Positions 1 to 9,613 of a DNA stretch of 64,000 nt are shown here, piece after piece. Every line of letters begins with the position of its first letter. The first letter of the stretch is position 1. Both the position numbers and the translations under genes were made by a program. This DNA comes from Gemmatimonadales bacterium (GTDB lineage Bacteria > Gemmatimonadota > Gemmatimonadetes > Gemmatimonadales > Gemmatimonadaceae). A model generated the notes under the pieces. That model saw only the letters and a list, made by a program, of their open reading frames with translations. It ran no database searches and was not told the DNA's origin. The DNA is taken from contig JBBQDB010000001.1 in the NCBI GenBank assembly GCA_038319245.1, forward strand, positions 2,679-66,678, read 5' to 3'.

Positions 1-205
1 CGAGGACGCCACCGTCCTGCGAGGCAATGCGCCGAATCGAAAATTGCTCGCGCCCCACGCGCTGTCCGGCGGCAAACACCGTGAAGCTGCCGGCATCGAG
101 TCGCTCACCCTGCGCGTGCAGCACCTGCGGCGCGGCAAGCGGTGCGGCAAGCGGTGCTGCCAGCAGCAGCAAAATGGTGGCGCGGGCGCGCGTGATCGGG
201 AGCAT
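1..205 (-). CDS. Secreted hypothetical protein, N-terminal part (runs off the window edge)
   Basis: Manual translation from ATG 205 gives MLPITRARATILLLLAAPLAAPLAAPQVLHAQGERLDAGSFTVF..., open to position 1. It has a Sec-type signal ending in LHA-Q and a TACCTT -10-like hexamer 6 nt upstream. Confidence 0.7.
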   Translation of the reverse strand, partial: MLPITRARATILLLLAAPLAAPLAAPQVLHAQGERLDAGSFTVFAAGQRVGREQFSIRRIASQDGGVL

Positions 206-332
206 CTACGAAAGGTAGTTACCTCGGAGCACGAGACGGCGACCCTTTCGCGCATTCGTTGTCGCCATCTTGGTCCGCTGCTCGTGTCGCGGCCCCTTCG
301 CCATTGCGCGGCATACGGGGTATTGTGCGGCG

Positions 333-3300
333 ATGCCCGTTGAACTGCGCCCCGAGCCGCCCATTCCCGACACTCGTCGAACGACCGCGCGCGCGCACGG
401 CACTGATGTGAAATGGCCCTTCGCGTGGGTGGTGTGCGCGGTGGGAGCCGTCGTGGCGCTCGCGCAATGGCAACAGGCCCCCGACTGGCCGTTACTCCTC
501 GTCGCAGCGCTCGGTACGCTCGGTGCGGCGATCGCAACTCGCTGGACCCGTGCGCCTCGCGCGTGGGCCATCGGTGCTGTCCTCTGGCTCGCGGCCGGCG
601 TGATAATCGCGGCGAGCGAGACGCGCACGCTCAACGCGGTGGCCCGCGATTGGGCGTCGTGGTCAGCGGCGGAACGTGAGGAGCGCGGGCAGCGTGTCGC
701 GGCCAAGCTGACGCAGGTAGCGGCCGAGTTGAAGGACGTGGCACAGGCCACGGTGGCCGATACCGCGATGGTGCGCCAACTGCTGAGTGCCGATGTGCCC
801 GTATCGACGCTGCGGGCACCGCCGATTGGCGGCAACGTCGAGACGGGCCTGCTGCTGTTCGTCGGGAATCGTCTGGTCGCGCGCGTCGGCCAGACGCGTA
901 CGCCCATCGCGCCGAAAGGCGTCGCGCGCACGCAACTTGTCGAAGGGCCGTTTCACACATCGCTCGTGTCGCGCGCGATCTCCGCCGACGGGTCGGTGCA
1001 GGCCGTCGCGATCGCGTTGGTCGCGTCCGCGCCACCGGCCGATCGGTTCGTGCAGTCGCTGACGCAAACCTTGGCTGGCCGCATCGCCATCGACCGCACG
1101 GTCGTCGAGTCGCCGGATTCGGCGCGTGTCGTGCCCGGATCGACGGTTGTGCTGGTGACCGACGGCGCGTCGCGACTCGCGCGAGTACGTGCATTGGCGT
1201 TTTCCGAGGGCGAAACGCAGGAGGCGTTGTTGCAGCGTGCCCGGGGGCGATCGGGAGTGCCGCTCGCGATCGCGGTGTTGCTCGTGTTGGTCATGAGCTG
1301 GCGCCGGCCTGCACGTACGGTACATCGCGTGGCAACGACCCTCGGTCTGCTCTGGGCGGTCGCCGTCGCGCCGCTCAACGCGCTGTCAAATGTGTCGACG
1401 TTGTTTGACGCATCGAGCTACTACGCGCCGATGGGGGGGCGACTGACGGCCAACGTCGCGGCGTTGTTGCTGACCGCTTCGCTCCTGTTGGCGACGCTGT
1501 TTCTGGTGATGCGGGCGTCGCGTGTGACCCGTTTGACGCGTTCGCGCGCTGTCTCGGGCGTGCTCGCGGTACTCGTCGCCGGTCTCGGTCCGTTTTTGCT
1601 GCGCGACCTCGCGCGCGGCATTCACCTGCCACAATCCGGGGCGAGCACGAACCTTTGGATCGCTTGGCAGCTTGCGTTGGCGCTGGCTGGTGCCACGGTG
1701 TTGCTGGCTGGTGCGACGTTCGGACAATCGGCGCTAGGGCGTCGTCGCGGTGTACCGCCCATTACGGCACCGCTGTTGGCGATCGGGTCGGCGATGATTG
1801 CGCCATCGCTCTGGCAGGCACCGGGCGCGTGGCCGTCGTGGTATCCCATCTGCTGGATTGTCGCCGTCGGCGCCTTGGCGTTTACCCGCCGCGGCGTGGC
1901 ACTCGTGCTGGGCGCTGCGGTAGTGGCCGGTGCTGGCGCGGTGACTTTGACGTGGGGCGAAATTGCGCGCGCGCGGATGACCGCGGCGGAGCACGACATG
2001 CCGCGTATTTCGGCGACCGACGAAAACGCGTTGACTTTTTTGCGGCAGTTCGCGCTCTCGCTCACGATGGATGTGCAGCCTGCCGCCGAAAGCGATGTGC
2101 TCCTACGTCGATTTGCCGCGAGTAACCTTGCATTGGCTGGGTATCCCGCCCGCATCGCGCGGTGGAGCCCGACGCAAGCAACCACGCCGATGCTCGAGAT
2201 TTCGCTCGCGCCGATCAGCGATACGGTCACCGTGCCGGCCTTGAGCGCTGCGCTCGTGCGACAGAGTGGCATCGCCGCAATTTTCCCAGCGGAAGACGGT
2301 CCGTCGACGATTCTGGTCGCGGCCATCCCGTATAGCGACGGTACGGTGACCACGGTCGCGGTGCCGCCGACGACGGGCCTTCGGTCGTCCGATCCCTTCG
2401 CGGCGTTGACGGGCATTACCGGCGCACGTCCCCTCGAACCAGCGTATCGACTGACAGTGGCGGCCACGTCGGACGGCGACGCAGCCGAACAGCCGCTAAG
2501 CTGGCGGCGACGCGGCACCTTCATGCACGGCGACGGCATCGTGGGTGGGCGCAGCGGCGCGCGACGCGTCCACGTCGAAGTCGATCTGCGCAGCCCAGAT
2601 GTACTCATTCCGCGCGGCGCGCTGCTCGTGCTGCTCGATCTCGGCGTGGTGCTGCTTCTGTGGGGCGCGAGTGCGATGGCCGACGGCGCATTCGGGCGAT
2701 GGTTGCGCGTACGTCGAACGCGGTGGTCACGCTCGTATCGGGTGCGACTGAGTCTGACATTGCTTGCGTTCTTCGTTGCGCCGGCAGCGATCCTCGCCGC
2801 GTGGTCCTGGTATCGCTTGCAAGACGACGACGCGGCCGCGCGCGAGTTGCTCGTACGTGAAGCGCTGCGTGTCGCGGCGTTCGACGTCGAGCGACGTCAA
2901 CTGACGAACGCTGGTACCAGCGCCGGCACCCCGCTCTTTCTTTATCGCGACGGACAACTTGCTGCCGCAAGTGACGCGTTGCTCGACGCGTTGGCGCCGC
3001 TCGGTCGACTGCTGCCGACATCGCTCGCGTCCGACGATTTCGGATCCGACGACGTATTCGCGACGCGCCGTCTCGCCATCGGAGGCCGACAGGCGCTCGT
3101 CGGTTTTCGCCGTGTGCCGATCACCGATGCGACCGATGTCCTTGCGACACCTGCGCGCGGCGATGAATTCGCGCTCGACGCGCGCCGCGCGGATCTCGGC
3201 GTGCTGCTGCTGTTCGTGACGGCGCTCGGTGCACTGGCCGCGCTCTGGTCGAGTGGCATCGCCGCGCGGTCACTCGCGCGGCCCGTCGGCGCACTCCGCG

Positions 3301-4592
3301 AAGCGGCACTCTCGATCGCGGCAGGCGGCGAAGACCCCTCGCTCGGCGCCGCGCCTGCGGCGGAGTTTGCGCCCGTGTATCGCGCTTTCAGTCGGATGGC
3401 GCGCGATTTGTCCACCAGTCGCGCGGCGCTTGAAGCCGCGCAGCGTCGCACCGACGCCGTTCTCCAAAACGTGGCGAGCGGCGTGCTGGCGCTGCGCCCC
3501 GATGGCGAAATTCTGTTGGCAAACCCGCGTGCTGCTGCGCTGCTCGGCGCTCCGGTGCGCGCGCGCGGCGCGACGCTGCGCTCGATGTCGGATGCGCTCG
3601 AGCCGCTCGTCACGCGGTGTCTGTTATTCCTCAGTACGACCAGCAGCGGCGCACTCGTTGCCGACGCGTTCGAAGTCTCGGTGGAGGGGCGCCAGCTTCG
3701 CGCGCGACTCGCGCGCTTGCCCAATGGTGCGGTACTCACGGTGGACGATGTGACTGAGCTCGCGACCGCGCAGCGTGTGCTGGCGTGGGGCGAAATGGCT
3801 CGACAGATCGCACACGAAATCAAGAATCCGCTTACACCGATTCGACTCGGTGTGCAGCATTTGCGACGCGCATTCCGCGATGGCCGCGGCGACTTCGCGA
3901 CCATTCTCGATACGAATGTCACGCGTGTGCTCGCTGAGATCGATCACCTGGATGAGATCGCGCGTGCGTTCAGTCGATACGGCATGGCGCCAGCGGATCG
4001 TGAGCGCGCCGTCGCAGTCGACGTTGATGCTGTCGTCCGCGATGTGCTCGAGCTGGAGCGTATGGGTGAGAGCGACGTGCGCTGGAATTGGTTGCCGAGT
4101 GATAGTGGTGAGCCGACTCCCAGGGATGCAGCTCAGGTCATCGCGCAGCGCGCAGATATCGCCGTAGGGCAGGATGCGTCGGCACATGCTGCCTTGGGGC
4201 ATGTCGCGTTGGCGCATGTCGCGTTGGCACAGCGCGACGAACTCAAAGAAGTGCTGCTCAACGTGCTCGAGAACGCGCGATTGGCACAGGCCGGCGCGGT
4301 GTCCGTCCGGCTGTCGCGATCGCGGGTCCAGGATATCGATCGGGTGCTGCTGCATGTCACGGATGACGGCGTCGGGATCGCGCCGACGGTACTCGATCGC
4401 GTCTTTGAGCCGCACTTCTCGACGCGCACGAGCGGCAGCGGGCTGGGGCTCGCGATCAGCCGTCGCCTGATCGAAAGCTGGGGTGGGTCCATCGCGATTC
4501 AGAGTACGTCCGGTGCGGGAACGACCGTCGAGATTTCGCTCCTCGCGACAACTCCGGCGATGACGCCAGAGAGCTCGCCCGCGGCAACGTAG
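333..4592 (+). CDS. Large multi-TM sensor histidine kinase, NtrY-like (TM region-HAMP-PAS-HisKA-HATPase)
   Basis: H-box WGEMARQIAHEIKNPLTPI, N-box LNVLENA, G1 DDGVGI, F-box FEPHFSTR, G2 GSGLGLAI, with many N-terminal hydrophobic segments. ATG 333 chosen because TATTGT lies 6 nt upstream. Confidence 0.9.
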   Translation: MPVELRPEPPIPDTRRTTARAHGTDVKWPFAWVVCAVGAVVALAQWQQAPDWPLLLVAALGTLGAAIATRWTRAPRAWAIGAVLWLAAGVIIAASETRTLNAVARDWASWSAAEREERGQRVAAKLTQVAAELKDVAQATVADTAMVRQLLSADVPVSTLRAPPIGGNVETGLLLFVGNRLVARVGQTRTPIAPKGVARTQLVEGPFHTSLVSRAISADGSVQAVAIALVASAPPADRFVQSLTQTLAGRIAIDRTVVESPDSARVVPGSTVVLVTDGASRLARVRALAFSEGETQEALLQRARGRSGVPLAIAVLLVLVMSWRRPARTVHRVATTLGLLWAVAVAPLNALSNVSTLFDASSYYAPMGGRLTANVAALLLTASLLLATLFLVMRASRVTRLTRSRAVSGVLAVLVAGLGPFLLRDLARGIHLPQSGASTNLWIAWQLALALAGATVLLAGATFGQSALGRRRGVPPITAPLLAIGSAMIAPSLWQAPGAWPSWYPICWIVAVGALAFTRRGVALVLGAAVVAGAGAVTLTWGEIARARMTAAEHDMPRISATDENALTFLRQFALSLTMDVQPAAESDVLLRRFAASNLALAGYPARIARWSPTQATTPMLEISLAPISDTVTVPALSAALVRQSGIAAIFPAEDGPSTILVAAIPYSDGTVTTVAVPPTTGLRSSDPFAALTGITGARPLEPAYRLTVAATSDGDAAEQPLSWRRRGTFMHGDGIVGGRSGARRVHVEVDLRSPDVLIPRGALLVLLDLGVVLLLWGASAMADGAFGRWLRVRRTRWSRSYRVRLSLTLLAFFVAPAAILAAWSWYRLQDDDAAARELLVREALRVAAFDVERRQLTNAGTSAGTPLFLYRDGQLAAASDALLDALAPLGRLLPTSLASDDFGSDDVFATRRLAIGGRQALVGFRRVPITDATDVLATPARGDEFALDARRADLGVLLLFVTALGALAALWSSGIAARSLARPVGALREAALSIAAGGEDPSLGAAPAAEFAPVYRAFSRMARDLSTSRAALEAAQRRTDAVLQNVASGVLALRPDGEILLANPRAAALLGAPVRARGATLRSMSDALEPLVTRCLLFLSTTSSGALVADAFEVSVEGRQLRARLARLPNGAVLTVDDVTELATAQRVLAWGEMARQIAHEIKNPLTPIRLGVQHLRRAFRDGRGDFATILDTNVTRVLAEIDHLDEIARAFSRYGMAPADRERAVAVDVDAVVRDVLELERMGESDVRWNWLPSDSGEPTPRDAAQVIAQRADIAVGQDASAHAALGHVALAHVALAQRDELKEVLLNVLENARLAQAGAVSVRLSRSRVQDIDRVLLHVTDDGVGIAPTVLDRVFEPHFSTRTSGSGLGLAISRRLIESWGGSIAIQSTSGAGTTVEISLLATTPAMTPESSPAAT

Positions 4593-4691
4593 CAACCGCA
4601 CTTGCATATCGACTCGGCCCAGCTGGTCGGTCTGCGCACACGGGGCTGAAAATCGGTCGATAAAGCGATGTTCGCGGCATTACACTTCGGC

Positions 4692-6461
4692 ATGGTTCCG
4701 GATTCTCTCCTCGCTGGCCACCGCGCGACGTCGTCGCCGCCACCTCACCTGGAAGCGTGGTCGCTCCCGCCTGGGTGGTCGTGGGGCAACGAAGGACTGA
4801 TGCGCGAGCATCGGCACTATCAGGAAGTCGTCGACGCGCTGGGGCGCTCGCTGTCGTTGGTCAGTTCGCCCAACGAGTCGGATGGGCAGTGGCTCTGGCA
4901 GGAAGCGCGTTCGCTCGCGCATCGAAATCATCCGTCCATCCCGACGACGTACCACTACTGGGCGTCGTATCAGGAGAGCCGCCGCGGTCCGGGTTATTTG
5001 CGACGCTGGATCAGTGGCGAAACCGTGCTGTCGCGGGTCGCGCGCTTGGGCCCCGAGTCGGTACCGGCCTCGCTCCAGGTGTTGCGTGAGGCGGGAAGCA
5101 CGCTGGCGTACCTGCACGATACTGGCGCCGCGCATGGTGACATCTCGGCGAACTCGGTCTGGCTGACTCCCGGTGGTCGACTGTGGCTGCTTGGCTGGGA
5201 GTGGGTGTTGCCAAAAGATCAGATTCCGGCCGGCGCACGCCCGAGCCCGGAGTTCGCCCCGTCACCGCCCGAGTGGAGCGATGGTGGCTGGCATCCGACG
5301 CCCACGTCGGACCAGTGGCAGTTGGCGGCGATGCTGTTCACGATGCTGACCGGCGAAACGCCGCCCGAGCGCGATGCCCCGCCGATGACGCTGCTGCGCC
5401 CAGATTGTCCGCAGGCGCTGGCGGCGGTTCTCGAGCGTGCGCTTAACCCAGAACCGGCGCTTCGCTTTCCGAGCATCGCGGCGATGCTGCGCGACATGGA
5501 TCGCCACGTGTCCGTACGGCAGGTGATGTACGCGCCGGAAGGGGACGAGTTGCCACCGGCACTCGACACCGCCGATGCGCGACTCCGCTGGGCCACCGCG
5601 GACGATTACGAGATTCTGTCGCCGTTGGGCAGCGGCATGTTCGGCAGCGTGTGGCGCGCGCGTGATCTGTCGCTGTCGCGTGAAGTGGCAATCAAGGTGT
5701 TGCATCCGCACATCGCGAAAGACGATGCGGCGGTCGCGCGCTTTCGTCGTGAAGCACGATTGGCCGCGCAGCTTGCGCACCCGTCCATCGTGCCGATTTA
5801 TGACAGCGACAGTCGTGGCGATATCGTGTGGTACACGATGGAGCTGGCCGAAGGTGGATCAGTGGCCAGCCTGCTCGCGCGCAGTGGACCGCGTCCGTTC
5901 GAGGAAATCGCGCAGCAAGTCGACGACGTGTTGGAGGCCCTGATCGCGGCGCACGCCAGCGGCATCATTCATCGCGACCTCAAGCCGGAAAACATTCTGA
6001 TCGATCGCTATCGCCGGTGGCGGATCGGCGATTTCGGTATTGCGTACGCGCTCGGCGAAGAGAAGGCGGGAACTTCAGGCACGCCGTCGTTCGCGGCGCC
6101 GGAGCAGTTGCTGGGCGAGTCGCAGGGGCCAGCTACCGACTGCTTCGCCTTGGCGAGCATCGTCTACTTCGTGTTAACGGGGCATCCGCCATTTGGCGAT
6201 GGCCCTGGCGAACTCGTGCTCGCGCAGCAGCTGTCAAACACGTTGCCCGCCAGACTGTTAGCGGATGGCTTTGCCGACTCGATCGCCGCGTGGTTGAAGC
6301 ATGGCCTCGCGCCGCGTGTCGAAGATCGATTTGGCGATGCGCAGGAGATGCGCATCGCTTGGCGACAGGTCGTACGCGATGTGCGGCGCGCAGAAGATCA
6401 GCGGCCGTGGTGGCGTCGGTTGATCGAAGGGCCGCAGGAGAGCGACGACGTGGTGGTGTAG
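4692..6461 (+). CDS. Ser/Thr protein kinase with two kinase-fold domains (N-terminal pseudokinase, C-terminal intact kinase)
   Basis: The C-terminal domain has GSGMFG, VAIK, HRDLKPEN, DFG and APE. The N-terminal domain keeps HPSIP, HGDIS, SDQWQLA and RFPS but lacks VAIK and DFG. TACACT-N5-ATG supports the start at 4692. Confidence 0.88.
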   Translation: MVPDSLLAGHRATSSPPPHLEAWSLPPGWSWGNEGLMREHRHYQEVVDALGRSLSLVSSPNESDGQWLWQEARSLAHRNHPSIPTTYHYWASYQESRRGPGYLRRWISGETVLSRVARLGPESVPASLQVLREAGSTLAYLHDTGAAHGDISANSVWLTPGGRLWLLGWEWVLPKDQIPAGARPSPEFAPSPPEWSDGGWHPTPTSDQWQLAAMLFTMLTGETPPERDAPPMTLLRPDCPQALAAVLERALNPEPALRFPSIAAMLRDMDRHVSVRQVMYAPEGDELPPALDTADARLRWATADDYEILSPLGSGMFGSVWRARDLSLSREVAIKVLHPHIAKDDAAVARFRREARLAAQLAHPSIVPIYDSDSRGDIVWYTMELAEGGSVASLLARSGPRPFEEIAQQVDDVLEALIAAHASGIIHRDLKPENILIDRYRRWRIGDFGIAYALGEEKAGTSGTPSFAAPEQLLGESQGPATDCFALASIVYFVLTGHPPFGDGPGELVLAQQLSNTLPARLLADGFADSIAAWLKHGLAPRVEDRFGDAQEMRIAWRQVVRDVRRAEDQRPWWRRLIEGPQESDDVVV

Positions 6462-6474
6462 CAACGTGTGCGCG

Positions 6475-7872
6475 TCACGTCGCGCGAACGAGGCGCACCG
6501 TCTTCTGGTTCGTGAATTCGCGGAAGCCCGCGAGACCAAGCTCACGTCCAACGCCCGACTGCTTCACTCCGCCGAAGGGATAGCGTGGGTCGGACGCAAC
6601 CATATCGTTGACGAATATCATCCCGGCATCTAACGCGTCAATGCAGCGATGGGCCTCCGCGTCGTCCGTCGTCCAGATGCTGGCACCAAGTCCGAACGGC
6701 GTGTTGTTGGCGCGTGCAATGGCCTCGTCTACGTTGGCGACACGAAACACTGATGCGACGGGGCCAAAGAGCTCGTCGCGAGCAGCCGGCGCGGTGTCCG
6801 GAATGTCGGTGAGGATCGTCGGCGCGTAGAAAAAGCCCGGCAGCGATGCGTCCGCGCCACCGAGCGTGAGTGTCGCGCCGAGCGCAACCGACTTGCTCAC
6901 CTGTTGTGCGAGTCCGTCTCGCACACTTGCGGTGGCAATCGGTCCGACCTGCGTGCGTTCATCGCGTGGATCTCCAACCACGAGTGCGCGCATACCCGCG
7001 GTGAAGGCGTGCATGAATGGCTCGTACACGGCATCGCAGACGATGAAGCGTTTTGCCGCGATGCACGATTGACCGGTGTTCACGGTACGCGCGGTCACCG
7101 CGACGCTCGCCGCACGCGCGACATCGGCGCTCGGCAACACGATGAACGGGTCGCTCCCACCGAGTTCGAGCACGATTTTCTTCAGCTGCGCACCAGCAAC
7201 AGTTGCGACATGTCGTCCGGCGCGATCGCTACCAGTGAGTGTCACGCCCACGATGCGATCGTCGGCGATGATCGCATCGATGTCGTCGTGTGCGGCAAGT
7301 GCATGGTGACAGGGGGCCACTGGCGTGTCCGTTGTGGCGACGGCGGCGCGTGCTTCGTCGAGGCACTGCTGGAGCAGGCGCGCCGCACCCGGCACCGAGC
7401 CGGCCGGCTTGATGAGCACGCCGTTACCCGCGAGGAGCGCAGGCACGGCGAACCGCAGCGCTTGCCAATACGGAAAATTCCACGGCATGATGGCGAGCAC
7501 GCAGCCGAGTGGCGCGTAGCGGACACTGATGCTGATGTGGCCATCGTCGCTGATCGGCTCGTCGGCGAGCGCGGTGGCGGCAAGCGCCGGTGCGACGTCG
7601 CACAGGAACGCGCACTTGTCCACTTCGCTCCGAGCGGCGACGATCGGCTTGCCCATTTCCAGTGTCAGCGCTTCCGCGAGTGCCTCGCGATGCGCACGGA
7701 GCGAAACGCCGAGCGCGGTGATGAAGCGGGCGCGTTGCTCGAGTGTAGCATGCCGCCAGTGGCGTTGCTCATCGTCAACGCGCGCCAACAGCGTTTGGAT
7801 TTGGGCGGGGGTGAGAGGGGCGACGTCGTACAGATGGTCGCCGGTGGCCGGATTGAACGCGTGAAAGCTCAT
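6475..7872 (-). CDS. NAD(P)-dependent succinate-semialdehyde dehydrogenase (Sad/GabD-like aldehyde dehydrogenase)
   Basis: IMPWNFPYWQ, LTGSDRAG, LELGGSDPF, GQSCIAAKRF, ELFGPV, PFGGVKQSGVGRELG; start MSFHAFNPATG. Confidence 0.9.
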   Translation of the reverse strand: MSFHAFNPATGDHLYDVAPLTPAQIQTLLARVDDEQRHWRHATLEQRARFITALGVSLRAHREALAEALTLEMGKPIVAARSEVDKCAFLCDVAPALAATALADEPISDDGHISISVRYAPLGCVLAIMPWNFPYWQALRFAVPALLAGNGVLIKPAGSVPGAARLLQQCLDEARAAVATTDTPVAPCHHALAAHDDIDAIIADDRIVGVTLTGSDRAGRHVATVAGAQLKKIVLELGGSDPFIVLPSADVARAASVAVTARTVNTGQSCIAAKRFIVCDAVYEPFMHAFTAGMRALVVGDPRDERTQVGPIATASVRDGLAQQVSKSVALGATLTLGGADASLPGFFYAPTILTDIPDTAPAARDELFGPVASVFRVANVDEAIARANNTPFGLGASIWTTDDAEAHRCIDALDAGMIFVNDMVASDPRYPFGGVKQSGVGRELGLAGFREFTNQKTVRLVRAT

Positions 7873-7948
7873 GGTACGAACGTCAGTGCAAGAGCCGTGC
7901 GGGGCAAGCGGTCCGTACGCGTTGCCCGTGTTCGATGTGTCCCGTCCG

Positions 7949-9286
7949 CTACGCCGCTTGCGTCGAACTGAACGTCGATGCGTTTGTCGGGACATTCACG
8001 CCTGCCGATGCCGCTGCCCGAGCAATGGCGCTCAAGTCCGGCGGCGTCAGTGTCGTCGTCGGTAGCAACGACGGACGACGTCCGGCGATAGCGGGCGACG
8101 CGCTCTGGCGAGAGTCCGCGCGCTTGGACGCCGCCACCGCGAGTTTGCGACGACGTTTGCGCGCATAGAGCAGCGTGTCCGCGCGGTCGAGGAGCTCCGC
8201 CAGCGAGGCCTGATCGGTGGGACGCGAGCGCGTGTGGCCAATGGTCAGTGACAGCGTCGTCGCGAGCTCGCCACTTGCGTTCAGCAACGCTACACGCTCT
8301 TCGATACGACGCTGGATGAGACGCGCGGCTGCGCCGTCGGCATCAAGCGCCATGATCGTGAACTCGTCGCCACCCATGCGGGCCACCACATCGCAATCGC
8401 GTACTGCGCGACGGAGCAGACGGCCGACCGCGGCCAGCGCACGATCACCTTCGGCATGGCCGAACGTATCGTTGAGCTGTTTGAACTCGTCCATGTCGAC
8501 GTACAACAAGACAACTTCTTTCCCCTGACGTCGCGCGATGCGGAGGTTCTGATCGGCAAGCGTGAGGAAGCCACGACGATTGTAGAGCTGCGTCAGGTCG
8601 TCGGTGAGCGATGCGCGACGCAGGCGCACTTCCTCGCGCTTTCGCTGGGAGATGTCGCGCACCGTCACTGCCACGCCGTCGGCGGTGGGCACGGCCTGAT
8701 GGAGCAACCAGCTCGCCGCAAAACGGCGCCGATCAACGCGCACGTCTTCGACGTGCACATCCTGGCGCGTCATGGCTTCTGCGTAGCGCGCTCTCAGCGC
8801 GTGAAACATTGCGGTGGGCACGGCGCGACGGAGTGGTTGCCCGACCAATTCATCGCGGGTGGCCCGCATCAACAGCGCGCCGGTCGGATTTACGTCAGCC
8901 ACTTCGAAGTCGTCAATGGTGCCTTCGGCGTTGCGAACGGCGCGTAAGAGGAAGACGCCGTCTGCGCTGCCGTGCATCGCATCCTGCAGTCGCCGCATTT
9001 GCACTCGGAGTGCGAGCTGATCGCCGCCGCTGCGTACCGAGTCTCGGCGCGTGAACTGCCAGCCGGCGATTGCGAGCACGAGCGCTGCAAAGGACAGAAA
9101 CGGTGCCGCACCAGAGAGCGGTACGAGCCCCGCGGTGATGACGGTCTGATGAACGAGCGGCAGCTTGGCGTCCGTGAGGAACGCACCGGCGCTGGTCGGT
9201 CCCTGCAGCATCATGAGGATGCCGCCGAGGAACACGAACGCGAGTGCACACCAGAATGCCGCACGAGCGGCGATACGATCGAGCAT
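7949..9286 (-). CDS. Membrane-anchored PAS-GGDEF diguanylate cyclase
   Basis: Two TM segments, a PAS-like region, TDDLTQLYNRRGF, DMDEFKQLNDTFGHAEGD, intact RMGGDEF, and an RxxD I-site (RDCD) five residues upstream of GGDEF. Confidence 0.9.
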   Translation of the reverse strand: MLDRIAARAAFWCALAFVFLGGILMMLQGPTSAGAFLTDAKLPLVHQTVITAGLVPLSGAAPFLSFAALVLAIAGWQFTRRDSVRSGGDQLALRVQMRRLQDAMHGSADGVFLLRAVRNAEGTIDDFEVADVNPTGALLMRATRDELVGQPLRRAVPTAMFHALRARYAEAMTRQDVHVEDVRVDRRRFAASWLLHQAVPTADGVAVTVRDISQRKREEVRLRRASLTDDLTQLYNRRGFLTLADQNLRIARRQGKEVVLLYVDMDEFKQLNDTFGHAEGDRALAAVGRLLRRAVRDCDVVARMGGDEFTIMALDADGAAARLIQRRIEERVALLNASGELATTLSLTIGHTRSRPTDQASLAELLDRADTLLYARKRRRKLAVAASKRADSRQSASPAIAGRRPSLLPTTTLTPPDLSAIARAAASAGVNVPTNASTFSSTQAA

Positions 9287-9380
9287 GGCGAATCAGGGAT
9301 GGTGCGGTCGAGCGGCCGAAATCAGCGTCGATTCGACGTGTACTCAACCCGCAGCGAGCACGGTTTCTGGCGGTCGCAAG

Positions 9381-9396
9381 CGCAACCACCGTGCCA
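9381..9396 (-). promoter_or_regulatory. Sigma-54 (-24/-12) promoter of the diguanylate cyclase
   Basis: Minus strand TGGCAC-GGTGG-TTGCG matches the consensus TGGCAC-N5-TTGC, about 95 bp upstream of the ATG and correctly oriented. Confidence 0.75.
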
Positions 9397-9613
9397 TCCG
9401 GTCATTTTGGGAGCAGTTCTGTGGCTGCGTCAGGCTGCGCGAGCTGCGATAAAGCGTTGCTGTGTAAAGGATTCTGTTGTAGCGCTGCATTCGCGGCTGG
9501 AGGCGGTTTGACCCAGCGGCGCCTACGTCCGCCGCAGTAGTGACCGGCATCAATCGCGATCACAATTCGTCCCATACCGGCAAAAATGTCCGAGTCGTGC
9601 GATGGCAGCTTGG

